From an uncultured delta proteobacterium (GTDB lineage: Bacteria > Desulfobacterota > Desulfobacteria > Desulfobacterales > Desulfatirhabdiaceae), in the NCBI GenBank assembly GCA_963789395.1, contig CAWBKP010000021.1, positions 119,697 through 183,696 of the forward strand: a stretch of 64,000 bases of DNA, read 5' to 3'. Below are positions 1 through 10,153 of the stretch, piece by piece (positions within the stretch are counted from its first letter, which is position 1; each line of letters starts with the position of its first letter). Made by a program: the position numbers and the translations under genes. The notes beneath the pieces are model-generated. The model saw nothing but the letters and a program-made list of their open reading frames with translations, ran no database searches and was not told the origin of the DNA.

Positions 1-722
1 TGGCGAAAACCAGGAAATCGGATTTCAGGCTGCCGGTTTCCGTTCGGATGGTGAAGCGGGATGAAGTCCCGCGGTCAAAGCCTGTAACCGGTGAGCGCTC
101 GTAAATCGTGAGCCCGGCGCCTTCGGCCAGGGCTTTCACCCCTCTTGCAAGCTTGGCAGGGTTGCAAAATGCCGCAACGCGGCTCAAACCATCCCAGTTT
201 GTAATAATCGGTATTGAATTCCGATGCCAACCGTTCCCGGGACCATCGTTCCACGCCGCTTAAGCCCCATTTTTCAATGATTTTAAAATCGTGTTCAACC
301 CGCTTGACCTGGGCCGGGCTGGTGCCGACCAGAAGATAACCGCTGCGTTCATAATCGCAATCGATCCGATTGGCGGTGATGAAATCATGAAGATAATCGA
401 CGGCGTTCTCCATATAGGCCTGGGCTGCGCGGGCTTTCTGGTCGTCGAACCGAAGCCTTGTGATACCTTTGGTCAGGCCGAACAGGGTCATGGAGAAACC
501 GCCGTTTCGACCCGATGCGCCGTAACCGCACACGTCCGATTCGATCAGCCGCACATCCAGCCCGGGGTTTAATTGCTTGAGATGGTAGCCCGTGGATAAT
601 CCCGTATACCCCCCGCCGATAATAACGACATCGGCGCTGTCATCGGCCGTCAGCTGAGGATTGGGCTGAATGGCTTCCGGCAGCGATTCAAGCCACCAGC
701 TTTTGGAACGATAATCCGACAT
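1..722 (-). CDS. FAD-dependent oxidoreductase (DAO/PuuB-like), runs off window start; frameshift near ~150
   Basis: DVVIIGGGYTGLS Rossmann motif, GASGRNGG motif; translation degrades after GILQP. Confidence 0.85.
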
Positions 723-774
723 GCCACACCTCCTTTTGAAAAAATCGATCTTGACGAAATGACAGAAGGATGAT

Positions 775-794
775 TAAGTTGGATGACTAACTAA
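775..794. promoter_or_regulatory. Candidate TetR operator between divergent genes
   Basis: Imperfect palindrome AGTTGGATGACTAACT lying between divergent TTGAC (751) and GTCAA (816) elements. Confidence 0.35.
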
Positions 795-852
795 GTATAT
801 ATTTCAATGGCTGATGTCAATCATTTATTTCTCTCCGCTCAAGGACACCCGT

Positions 853-1479
853 ATGACCCGGAAAATAGATTTTGAAGATAAGAAAATCAGGATACTGCAA
901 GCGCTGGGTCAGTGTCTCCAGCATAAGCCTTTTGACCAGACATCCATCAAGGATATCGCGCTGGCCGCCGGCATCAATCACGGACTGCTGCACTATTATT
1001 TCAAAAGCAAGGAAGATATTTTAATCCACTATATCGAGTATGTCCTGCATCTGTACCGGTCCATGTTCGATGACTGGATCGAAGCAAGACGGGCAAAGGC
1101 TCCGAATGCCGGTAGCAGTATTCTGGATGAGTTTTTTAAATTCATGCATGAGAAAGTTACGCTCAATAAAACGCTTTCCACTGTTTTTATCGAGATTTGG
1201 GAGATCGCGCTTTACAACGGCAAAGTCCGCGTAAAGCTGCAACTGGCATACCGGGAATGGATAGAGGTTCTGAACGGCATGCTCATGTCCGTTACGGACG
1301 ATGCCACCGCATCCCGCCGGATCGCTATAGCCACGGTAGCATTTCTTGAGGGCATGGCGCTTTTTTCGGTCATTCTTGATGAAGATCCGATCGACTTCCG
1401 GGCGGCCCTCAGCGGGTTTCAGGAAAATATGATTGCAATACTGACGGGAAAATCGGAAACGGCAAGGTCCGGGAAATAA
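853..1479 (+). CDS. TetR/AcrR family transcriptional regulator
   Basis: HTH TSIKDIALAAGINHGLLHYYFKSKEDI; divergent from the oxidoreductase. Confidence 0.92.
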   Translation: MTRKIDFEDKKIRILQALGQCLQHKPFDQTSIKDIALAAGINHGLLHYYFKSKEDILIHYIEYVLHLYRSMFDDWIEARRAKAPNAGSSILDEFFKFMHEKVTLNKTLSTVFIEIWEIALYNGKVRVKLQLAYREWIEVLNGMLMSVTDDATASRRIAIATVAFLEGMALFSVILDEDPIDFRAALSGFQENMIAILTGKSETARSGK

Positions 1480-1570
1480 TCATGATGATATCTCCCGGTT
1501 CCTGACATGCCGTTTAAATTGTCCGATGACGGCTCTTGTATATGCTATCTGGGCAGGGAACAATGCCGAT

Positions 1571-2750
1571 TCAGGCCGGGGGTGCGGTCATCCTGGCAAG
1601 GCTATTTTTCAGGTCTTCCGGAAGCGCGCTGTTGGCAGACTCAAGAAGGATGTCAGGAACGCCTCCAAGGATTTCATAACTATGGGTGAGGACCCTGTCA
1701 TCCCAGATGGTGTTGAGTCGTTTTTGGTTATCGTTTCAGATGCCAGCGCCGGTTTCCATCCACCCAGCCAACAGGTTACCATGTGGTTGACGACCTGGGA
1801 ATCACCTTGCTCGTATCGATAAAACCATCCCTTTTCAAAGCAGGAATCATGCGCCGGTTCTCCAGGAGCCAGGCCAGCGAAACCATGTCGTGGGCCAGCA
1901 CCGAATCAGAGGCGATGATCAGGCCGTTATCAGGCGCAAAGACATACCCCTTGTCCGGGCCGAATGTGGTGAGGAGCTTGTCTGCCGCTGTAATCACCAG
2001 GCGCTGCTTGGTCATCAGGGTCGAAACCGTGTTGGCCTCGGCTGTTTTTTCCGGCAGCGTGGCGGCATCCCGGTGGTATTCCAGGCGGGTGTCATGACGC
2101 CAGTAGCCCACGGCGGCCTTCATGCCCAACGTGCTCCCGGTCAATATATGCCGGGAGCAGCGGGGCATCAGGACGATGTGCTGGACGTCCTTCAGGATGT
2201 TCGGCATCATGATGCCGTGTTTCCAGTGTGATCCGGCTGCGGGAAAGTCCTCATAAAATGCGTTCCACCCGCCTTCCTCGAAACAATGCAGTTCAGCTCC
2301 GGATGCCTGAACCGCCCCGGCCATGCCAGAAGACGCCATCAACGCGCGCGAGCTTCCGGAAAGCGATGTGGGAGAAAACCGCAGGTTTTGGACTCCGGCC
2401 ATATCCCCCACGATCACCCGTTTGGCCCCTTTTTCCCTGAGGATCTCGACCATGGCGGCAATGGCCGACGGGCTGGTGGTGGCAGGATAGGGATTTCCGG
2501 AATTATTGACCGGCTTGATGAACACGGCATCCCCTCTGGACAGCCATGAAAAGTCGGTTGCGGCCTCGGCCGCATTACGGACCGCCATTTTCAAAGCTTC
2601 TTCGGAAGCCCCCCTGCTTACTCCGGCCAGAAAGACCCTGGCAGGAGAACCCGGCATCCGTATCGCTGACTTAACGGGAATCCGGGATACCCCTGATCCG
2701 TCTGTACACGGGAACGAGGCATTAACTGATGTTCCAGCAACCGTATTCAT
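1571..2750 (-). CDS. DUF362 domain protein (frameshifts near 1790 and ~1715)
   Basis: GDAVFIKPVNNS..PATTSP and TLGMKAAVG motifs; coding continues in other frames to MTAPPA* at 1571. Confidence 0.75.
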
Positions 2751-2922
2751 AAGATCTCTTTCCTTGCAGCCCGGTAATGAATATCCTTGGAAAATACGCC
2801 GAATTGAATTAATAGTAAAACATAATTTCAATTCGGCGGCGTCCTTGCCTGTCGAGATGTATCCACATTTGCCGCACATTAAAATCAAACGGTCTGTATC
2901 CATGCAAAGGAGAACACGCACC

Positions 2923-3309
2923 ATGATGACCATTCAAACCCATCAGGGAATCAACCGGGAATGTTTCGGGATTCCGGTTCATCTGGCAGAAGGCGAAAGC
3001 CGGGTGGCGCTGCTGACAATCCCTTCCATGGCAGTGGATGAAAGCGGACTCGTGCACGGCGGGTATATTTTCGGCCTTGCGGACTATGCCGCCATGATCG
3101 CGGTCAATCACCCGAATGTGGTTCTGGGCTCATCGGAGGTGAAGTTTTTAAAGCCCGTCAGGGCAGGGGAGACGGTGATTGCCACGGCAACCGCCGAAGC
3201 AAGGCAGGGCAAGAAACAAGTCGTCGCGGTGACCGTTTCGCGAAATGACGAACTCGTTTTTTCGGGAAGCTTTACCTGCTTTGTTCTGGATAAACATGTG
3301 CTGGCGTAA
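2923..3309 (+). CDS. PaaI-like hotdog-fold thioesterase
   Basis: GLVHGGYIFGLADYAAM motif; AAGGAG RBS upstream. Confidence 0.88.
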   Translation: MMTIQTHQGINRECFGIPVHLAEGESRVALLTIPSMAVDESGLVHGGYIFGLADYAAMIAVNHPNVVLGSSEVKFLKPVRAGETVIATATAEARQGKKQVVAVTVSRNDELVFSGSFTCFVLDKHVLA

Positions 3310-3348
3310 GCCCCCAAAAAGGAACCGGCGGTGGCGCTGGGCCATTTT

Positions 3349-3666
3349 ATGACGATCGACATTCCTGCAGATTCCCCGTTTTTTGTGAATACCCCGGACA
3401 GTGTTGCCGTCCCACTGGCGGATATCGTGGCACGGGATACTCCGGACCCGGAACGGGTGAAACGCGCCCGTCAACTGATGATGGAGCCAAGAGCCGGAAA
3501 AAGAGACAAACGAAAACCGATTGACGTCGTGAAGACGGAAAACGGCAAATTCAGGGTGATTGACGGTAACTCCACCCTGCAGGCGCTGAGGGAACTTCAA
3601 GAGACAATGGCAATCGTTGAAATCAAGGACCGGGATTGCAAAGATCAATGCGGCTGCGCTGCTTGA
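3349..3666 (+). CDS. Small stand-alone ParB/Srx-fold protein
   Basis: KPIDVVKTENGKFRVIDGNST resembles the ParB N-terminal PI.V......Y.IIDG..R motif. Confidence 0.6.
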   Translation: MTIDIPADSPFFVNTPDSVAVPLADIVARDTPDPERVKRARQLMMEPRAGKRDKRKPIDVVKTENGKFRVIDGNSTLQALRELQETMAIVEIKDRDCKDQCGCAA

Positions 3667-3709
3667 TAGTGGATGCCGCCTGCCTGAAATCCCGGTTTGC
3701 TATGACCCC

Positions 3710-3738
3710 TTGACAGCATACGGAACAAGTATTATATT
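3710..3738 (+). promoter_or_regulatory. sigma70-type promoter
   Basis: TTGACA-N17-TATATT upstream of the 3844 ORF. Confidence 0.6.
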
Positions 3739-3843
3739 TGTTTAATTATTTGTTATCACATTACTTTATTATCGGAACTTCGTTTCAGATCTACGGTAGG
3801 GAGGCGAATTACACAACACCAACTACAATCAAAGGGGGCTGAC

Positions 3844-4155
3844 ATGAAAGTAAACGATTATTGCAAGAATGTTGAGCAGGAACTGACGGTATGGAAAGCA
3901 AGGCTTTATGATGCAAACCGGAAGATCGACACATTGCCGAGCAACGTAAAACAGCAGATTCTGGGCCACATGGGCGCTCTGCAGATGATTGTCGGCGACA
4001 TGGAAGAGCGGATTGCAAAACTTTCTAATGAATGTCCGACTGAGTGGAGCCCTGTCAAAAAAGAGATCGACAAGGGTCATGTTGACATGAGAAGCAAGTA
4101 TGAAGAGACCATGGAACTGATCGGCAAAGCGGCGCCTGTTTCCATTGCGGGTTGA
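3844..4155 (+). CDS. Hypothetical helical protein
   Basis: Own promoter, AGGGGG RBS, coiled-coil-like sequence, downstream terminator. Confidence 0.75.
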   Translation: MKVNDYCKNVEQELTVWKARLYDANRKIDTLPSNVKQQILGHMGALQMIVGDMEERIAKLSNECPTEWSPVKKEIDKGHVDMRSKYEETMELIGKAAPVSIAG

Positions 4156-4222
4156 TAGGAAACAGTTATCACACGCTTTGTATGCACGCATGCAATGATG
4201 CTAAGATGACAATTTGCAAGCC

Positions 4223-4258
4223 AAGAGGCAACCGGTAATCCGGTTGCCTCTTTTTTTT
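4223..4258 (+). terminator. Intrinsic terminator between convergent genes
   Basis: AAGAGGCAACCGG-TAAT-CCGGTTGCCTCTT followed by a T run. Confidence 0.85.
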
Positions 4259-4278
4259 CGGTTTTTTCGCTTATCACT

Positions 4279-6465
4279 TCAGCGTCTGGGCTTTCCGATG
4301 ATCACGATCCCCAGATGTCCGTCCACGGTGATGAAATCCCCTGTCCGGATTTGATTCACTGCATCCGTCACGCCTGTCACGCAGGGGATGCCGTACTCCC
4401 TGGCGATGATGGCGCCGTGGATGAGCATGCCTCCGCGCCTCTCCACAATCGCCGCGGCAAGGGGGACCACGAAGGTCATTCCGGGGTCCACCGCGTCGCA
4501 CACGAGGATCTCCCCGCTGCGAAAACTGAAAAGATCGGCGGAATCGAGAACAACCCTGGCGTTTCCCAGTGCCACGCCGGGTCCGGCCGGTTGACCGAGA
4601 ATCTGTCTCGGCTTTAGAAAAAAGCCATTCTTTTTTTTATTAGATCCAGGTGCCTTGCGCTCGGGCGTTTCAAGGCGGGTCTCACTTTGCACCGCTCGCG
4701 GCAGATCATCGGATACCGATATCTCGTTTTCAGATACTTGCCCTGCCGCCATGCGACGGCGTCCCTCATCCACAGCCGCCAGCAGCTGGCCCTTGATTTT
4801 CCCCATGTAGATGTTGTCATCATCCCGGATCCGATAGCTGGCCCGGGCCAGTTCAAGCAGTTCAAGGGCAAAAGGCCGCTGTGCTTTTTCGAAACGGGAG
4901 AAGAACGCCTCATCCGATTGCTCCGGGTGCTGCATTTTTCGGGAGGGCTCATTTTCCGGGCGTGACGTCATCTGTAAAACAAGGTCCAGGAGCCGGCCCG
5001 AATCCTGCCCCAACCGGCCATCCTCCCATGCCAGATCCCCGAATTGCTCCAGAACCTGCTCCAGCAGTTCTTTTACCTCCGAACGGCAGTCGCCGGCCTT
5101 TCCTGCCAGTATGCAGGCCCTGTCGCCGGGATCTTTTCGGATCAATGTCGCAAGATCCTCCAGCATCCGGTTTCTGCGGACGCTGACCAAGCCGGGGCTC
5201 CCAAGCAGGGTCATGAACTGAAAGGGGTCTTCCGGTTTCATGACATCATTGTAGATTTTTCCAAACAATCTCATGCCGTGGGCAAAAGGAATGCAGTCGC
5301 GTCTGTAGATCTCTTCCCAATCCTCATAAATCCGCCTGCGCCTGCGGATCTCCCGGGCAAGGGCCGAATCCGGGAGGGCGGAAAGATTCACCAGGCTCAT
5401 ATCGAGGGCTTCTTTTTCCATCCGGGGCAGGAGTTCTTTTTCGATCGATGTCCGCAGGGCGTTGAGATTCTCAAAGCTTCTGTGAAGACTCATGTACCAC
5501 GGGCGCTGGTCCTCAGACGGGGTTCGGGTGGTGATGGGCCGTGCCTGAAGCGCCACCAGGCTGTCCGTGCAATACGTCCACTCCACATCCTGGGGGGAGC
5601 CGAACAGGGATTCGGCCTGCATGGCAAGCCCGTAAACCTCCCCGACTTCACTGTCGTTAAGCGGGGGGCGTTTCCGCAGCCGGCGCGGCAGAATCCCCAA
5701 CCGGACATCCCGGGGTCCGGGCATCAGAATCTTTTCTCTGCGGGCCGAATAATGAGATAAAATCCGCCCGCTGTTACGGTCCAGGATCCACCGGTCCGGT
5801 TCCACGGTCCCGTCTACCAGTCCCTGGTTGAGTCCATGGACGGCCTCGACGGCAGACTGCTTCTCATGAACCGGGCTCATGCCGAAGGCAACCCCCGAGC
5901 GCTGGCCGAAAGCCATCTCCTGGACCACCACCGCCATGGCGCTTTTTCCCACATCGAGGCCAAGCTCCTGCCGGTAGAGAAGCGCCCGGTCGGACCACAG
6001 GGACGCCCACACAAGCCGGATATGCTCCAGAATGGATGCCGTGCCCCGGATATTGACAAAGGATTCGTGGAGACCCGCAAAGGATGTTTTTGAAGAATCT
6101 TCCCCAGGAGCCGATGACCTGACCGAAACCGGACGCTCGGCAAACCGGGTGGCAAGGATATCCGTCAGTTGCTCCCGGATACTTCCAGTCAAAGGGGTCT
6201 TCATGAACATGTTCCGGATGCGAAGCGCCGTATCCCAGAGCTCTTCCCACCGCATCTGTTCAAAGGGCTTTCGGTAGAGCTCCATGTAAAGCTGATCCCG
6301 TATCCCCGTTGATGACATATAGTCCCGATAGACCTCCGTGCTGATGGCGACCGCCTCCGGAACATGAAAGCCGTGTTTTCGCAACATTGCCAGGGCAAAG
6401 CCCTTGCCGCCGGTCCGGGACCGGTCCTTTCGGGTGATTTCATGAAGAGACAGGACCGGTTTCAT
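4279..6465 (-). CDS. PEP-synthase-like dikinase with RPH-type architecture (ATP-grasp, central domain, C-terminal swivel His domain)
   Basis: GGKG, VSVRSSAPGED..SFAGLHES, QDVEW, LQARPIT, GGMLIHGAIIAREYGIPCV; ATGA overlap with upstream gene. Confidence 0.88.
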   Translation of the reverse strand: MKPVLSLHEITRKDRSRTGGKGFALAMLRKHGFHVPEAVAISTEVYRDYMSSTGIRDQLYMELYRKPFEQMRWEELWDTALRIRNMFMKTPLTGSIREQLTDILATRFAERPVSVRSSAPGEDSSKTSFAGLHESFVNIRGTASILEHIRLVWASLWSDRALLYRQELGLDVGKSAMAVVVQEMAFGQRSGVAFGMSPVHEKQSAVEAVHGLNQGLVDGTVEPDRWILDRNSGRILSHYSARREKILMPGPRDVRLGILPRRLRKRPPLNDSEVGEVYGLAMQAESLFGSPQDVEWTYCTDSLVALQARPITTRTPSEDQRPWYMSLHRSFENLNALRTSIEKELLPRMEKEALDMSLVNLSALPDSALAREIRRRRRIYEDWEEIYRRDCIPFAHGMRLFGKIYNDVMKPEDPFQFMTLLGSPGLVSVRRNRMLEDLATLIRKDPGDRACILAGKAGDCRSEVKELLEQVLEQFGDLAWEDGRLGQDSGRLLDLVLQMTSRPENEPSRKMQHPEQSDEAFFSRFEKAQRPFALELLELARASYRIRDDDNIYMGKIKGQLLAAVDEGRRRMAAGQVSENEISVSDDLPRAVQSETRLETPERKAPGSNKKKNGFFLKPRQILGQPAGPGVALGNARVVLDSADLFSFRSGEILVCDAVDPGMTFVVPLAAAIVERRGGMLIHGAIIAREYGIPCVTGVTDAVNQIRTGDFITVDGHLGIVIIGKPRR

Positions 6466-6917
6466 TGTCCGATGTGAACCTCCACAACACTCTGAAAACG
6501 CGTGACCACGAAAAATGACCGAACCCGTATCTGGCAGAGGGCGCAACTGGGCGACAAGACAAACTCCCTCAGGTGGGGGTGTTTGGCAAGATAACTATCC
6601 AGAACATTTTCCCGTTCAAGGGCGGGCACCTCCCCGGCCGTGCCGGTCGCCGTTGAAGCCATGGCCCGGCGAAAGTCGGATGCTTCGTTGGACCGGTTGT
6701 CCACGAGCATGGACACCCGCGGATCGGCGCAAAGGTTGGCATATTTACGGGTGGAACGGGTGGTGGCGAAATAGAGGGACTTCAGGTCGAGGCTTGAAGC
6801 AAATGCAACCAGGCTGGTATAGGGCTGACCTCTGTCGTGGGTGGCCAGAACGGCCAGGGGCTGGGAACGCAACAGCTTTCCGAGGTCGCGCTTGACGTTG
6901 CTGAGGTCTTTATCCAT
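6462..6917 (-). CDS. Pyridoxamine 5'-phosphate oxidase-like (FMN split-barrel) protein
   Basis: LAVLAT..GQPYTSLV, FATTRSTRKYANL..PRVSMLVD. Confidence 0.85.
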   Translation of the reverse strand: MDKDLSNVKRDLGKLLRSQPLAVLATHDRGQPYTSLVAFASSLDLKSLYFATTRSTRKYANLCADPRVSMLVDNRSNEASDFRRAMASTATGTAGEVPALERENVLDSYLAKHPHLREFVLSPSCALCQIRVRSFFVVTRFQSVVEVHIGQ

Positions 6918-7446
6918 GGGTTCCTTTCCGGGGCCGGGATAATGGCCGGCCGGCCAACAGGTTCTGTTCGATTGCCTGCTTTCTGAAGAAAAAAATCCGC
7001 CTGAGTTGGGCCGCTACCAGCGGGTGAAAGAGCTCTCCGGCAGGAAAAAGCGGCAGGCGATAGGTAACCTCGTCCCGAATCGTTGTCATCCCGCCTTCTT
7101 CATGAAATCGGTGGGTGTGTACCCACAGCCTGTAGGGGCCGTATATCTGCGTATCCGCGAATCGGCGGGGAGGGTCCCACAGCGAAATCCGCGTTCGCCA
7201 CCTGAAGGGAAAGCCGAAGAGCCGCAGCCGGTAATCGATCCGGGTTCCCTTTTTCAGTTGCACGGGCCGGGGGCCGACAATGCGGAAGTGAAGCTCCGGG
7301 GGCGTGATGCGTTCGAGATTCGCGGCGTCGCCGAAAAAGGCAAAAACCGCCGCGATGTCAAGTGGCAGGCGCATGGCGGTCCTGAGGACATGCGTCATCC
7401 CATCCGGTTTTTCAACATCGATACTGAACTCAAAAGGCGCTTTCAT
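6910..7446 (-). CDS. SRPBCC family protein
   Basis: VFAFFGDAANLERITPP, GPYRLWVHTHRF, DEVTYRLP. Confidence 0.85.
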   Translation of the reverse strand: MKAPFEFSIDVEKPDGMTHVLRTAMRLPLDIAAVFAFFGDAANLERITPPELHFRIVGPRPVQLKKGTRIDYRLRLFGFPFRWRTRISLWDPPRRFADTQIYGPYRLWVHTHRFHEEGGMTTIRDEVTYRLPLFPAGELFHPLVAAQLRRIFFFRKQAIEQNLLAGRPLSRPRKGTHG

Positions 7447-7453
7447 GGCGGCA

Positions 7454-8467
7454 TCACAGATCCGGCGGCGGATCGAGAAGGGTTTCAACCCAGCGGGGCG
7501 GAAAGCCGTCAAGACCATGTGCAGCGCCTATCAGGGCCCCCAGAACCGCCCCGCGCCCGGCATTGTCGCCCCCGAGATTGGTGTTGGCGACAAGCGCCGC
7601 TTCCGGGTTGTCATGATATTTCAGCGCCAGATATACGACAGCGGGAACGGCGTCTTCCACATAGCAGGCCGTGCTCAATCGCCGGCCCACGACCATGTCG
7701 TCGGCTTCGGACAGCCATTTTATAAAGGGATGTCCCAGGAGCGGATTTTTCTGAGCGGCAATTTGTGCGATTGCCGCCTCCCGCAGCGGGGTGCCTGCAA
7801 GCACCGAAAGCAACAGATCGATGACCAGAGCTGCCGCCGTCCGCATCTTCATTCCGGCATGCGTCAGGGCAAGATGATCCAGGGCCGCAGTCCGGGCAAG
7901 GGCCGGCTGGTTGCGGTAATAAACCACGATGGGCAGGATGCCGCCAATGCCGCCGATATGTTTTTCCACAGCGCCGCATTTCTCCGGAGGCTGTCCCTTT
8001 GCGTAATTGGTGAAAAAATTCCGGTGGCATTCCTCGATATAAGTGTCCCGGTGGCTTCCGGGCGTCGTCATAAAGGCGATATATCTTTGGAGAAAATCGG
8101 CGGAAGCGTATCCGCCGGATTCTATGAGAGAATCCATGAGAAGGCGGCTGATCTTGACGTTCAGCGTATTTTCGCCCGCCTTGAGGAACTGGTGGTAGTG
8201 AACATTTTTTTTGCCCCAGTATCTGGCCTGATCATGGAGGATTTCCCCTTTGACGTTTTGTGCCCGATATTCCGATCGCCAGAGAATGCTGTCCGGATGT
8301 TCTTTGAGCGGTGAGAGGAAATCCGTCACCCGGCCGTAGTCCCGAAAAAGCGCACCGCGGTCGTAGTACCAGTGAACCGGCATGGCAAGCGCATCGCCGA
8401 TACACATTCCGAATAGCGCGCCGCGCATCTTCGAAAGATCCTGATGGGTGTCTGTGTTCATCCGCAC
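7454..8467 (-). CDS. ADP-ribosylglycohydrolase family protein (atypical motifs)
   Basis: GALFG..IGDALAMP, NTNLGGDNAGRGAVLGALIGAAHG, P.RW..L. Confidence 0.82.
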   Translation of the reverse strand: MRMNTDTHQDLSKMRGALFGMCIGDALAMPVHWYYDRGALFRDYGRVTDFLSPLKEHPDSILWRSEYRAQNVKGEILHDQARYWGKKNVHYHQFLKAGENTLNVKISRLLMDSLIESGGYASADFLQRYIAFMTTPGSHRDTYIEECHRNFFTNYAKGQPPEKCGAVEKHIGGIGGILPIVVYYRNQPALARTAALDHLALTHAGMKMRTAAALVIDLLLSVLAGTPLREAAIAQIAAQKNPLLGHPFIKWLSEADDMVVGRRLSTACYVEDAVPAVVYLALKYHDNPEAALVANTNLGGDNAGRGAVLGALIGAAHGLDGFPPRWVETLLDPPPDL

Positions 8468-8612
8468 ATCCTCGGAATATGGAACGCTTTGTCCCGGAAA
8501 AGGCTCAGTTCGCCGCAGAGCCCTTCAGCGCACGCCTGTTGACTATGAATGACGGGCGTGATGCCGCGCTGTGCGCCGTCAGTTTTTTCTGCCAGAAGAT
8601 ATCGGGAACAAT

Positions 8613-9650
8613 CTATCCGCGTTGACCAAAGCGGTAATGGCCCACCCGCCATTCTTCACCGCCTCTGAAACCCCACAATTCGGAGCAGGCCATAAAAAAA
8701 ATCCGCCACCGTTGAAACCAGCGTTTTTCATTTCCCGCTCCGTAGACCTGGCTCAGGATGGGAAGCACGGTATCACGGCTCCGGTCGAGGTTTTGAAGCC
8801 AGGCCTCGGCGGTTTTCCGGTAGTGCAGGCCCGATACCACCCAGTGTCTCTCCAGTTTCAGGTCTTCCTGGAAATAGAGCAGCAGGTCGTCCGATGGCAT
8901 CATGCCGGCGGTAAAGAAATACCGGCCCATCCAGTCGTCTTCCCCTTCGGATTCGAACAGGTAGGGGTATTCCCGATGGCAGAATATGTGGATAAATACC
9001 TTCCCTGCGGGCGTGAGCCAGGCGGAAAAACGGCGCAGGATCTCCCGGTAATTGCGCAGATGTTCGAACATCTCGATGGAGACAATCCGGTCAAACGACT
9101 GCCCGGGATCCAGCGCGTCGATCTCTACCGTCCTGACATCGACAGACGTCAGTCGCTTTTCCCGGCACCGGTCTTCGATAAAATTTCGTTGGGGGGTCGA
9201 ATTGGATATTGCCAGGATCCGGCAACCGGGAAACCGCTCGGCAATATAAAGAGACAAGGCTCCCCACCCGCACCCGGCATCGAGAATGCGCTGGCCGTCG
9301 GCGATGCCGGCCCGGCGACAGGTTTCCGCAAGCATGGCTTCCTCGGCATCGTCGAGGGTCTGAACCGAATCCGTCCAGAGGCCGCAGCTGTATTTCATTC
9401 TGCGCCCCATGACCTGCCGGAAAAAGGCCGGCGGCAACTCGTAATGCTGCTGTCTGGGTTTTTCGGGTTGAAGAACAACCGGACTATTTTTGAGACGGTC
9501 GATGAAGTCGTTCTTTTTCACCTGCCGCGCTTCCGCATATCCGGCTCCTTCCAGGCAAAGCCGTTTCCGGTTCAGCAGGCCGATCCCGCGTCGGATAACC
9601 GCATCAGGGATCAGGCCGGACTCGGCGAAACCGATCCACCCCCGTTTCAT
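8613..9650 (-). CDS. SAM-dependent methyltransferase, CFA-synthase/coclaurine NMT-like
   Basis: [50 protein letters not shown]. Confidence 0.88.
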   Translation of the reverse strand: MKRGWIGFAESGLIPDAVIRRGIGLLNRKRLCLEGAGYAEARQVKKNDFIDRLKNSPVVLQPEKPRQQHYELPPAFFRQVMGRRMKYSCGLWTDSVQTLDDAEEAMLAETCRRAGIADGQRILDAGCGWGALSLYIAERFPGCRILAISNSTPQRNFIEDRCREKRLTSVDVRTVEIDALDPGQSFDRIVSIEMFEHLRNYREILRRFSAWLTPAGKVFIHIFCHREYPYLFESEGEDDWMGRYFFTAGMMPSDDLLLYFQEDLKLERHWVVSGLHYRKTAEAWLQNLDRSRDTVLPILSQVYGAGNEKRWFQRWRIFFMACSELWGFRGGEEWRVGHYRFGQRG

Positions 9651-9835
9651 TATTTGGCGTCCGTTATCTTGATATCCCCGGCATACCGACCGACCGTGGC
9701 GCTATCCACGCAGTTCTCGAGTTCTTCCGGCCCCAGATCCTTCGGATTTCGCAGGGCTTTGAGGGGGCAGACGAATTCCTCACCGCTTCCGTCCCGGACC
9801 CTGACGTACAGCTCTCTCTGATCGTTTTCATCCAT
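9650..9835 (-). CDS. Small hypothetical protein (61 aa)
   Basis: AAGGAGG RBS; TAATG overlap with the methyltransferase; FVCP..CVD. Confidence 0.7.
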   Translation of the reverse strand: MDENDQRELYVRVRDGSGEEFVCPLKALRNPKDLGPEELENCVDSATVGRYAGDIKITDAK

Positions 9836-10153
9836 AACAGCCTCCTTGATTGAATGTATTATTATACACTAATACAAACCGATTTATTTTCAACAGTTTT
9901 TTCAATAGAATTGACAAGCCACTGGAAAATGGAAAGGGGAGCTTCACTTTGTCAACTTACGCCGGCGCCAATCTGCAGTTTCTGTCGGCGAATATCGGTT
10001 TCATTCCAGTGGCCGCTTTCACCAAGGGCTTGACAACCAGACCCCAAATGAGGTTTATTCATATTAAGGGCCCATTTTCGGGAGGGTCTGATGTTCGGGA
10101 TGCCGGCCGTTGGGCGGGCCAGGATCGCCCCGGCCCCGGATAGGAGATGTCCG

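Noticed and set aside
8571..9821. Long antisense ORFs (also 7304-8314, 15316-16284, 43288-44391, 28744-29532)
   Set aside because: Shadows of well-supported opposite-strand genes in GC-rich DNA; no motifs.
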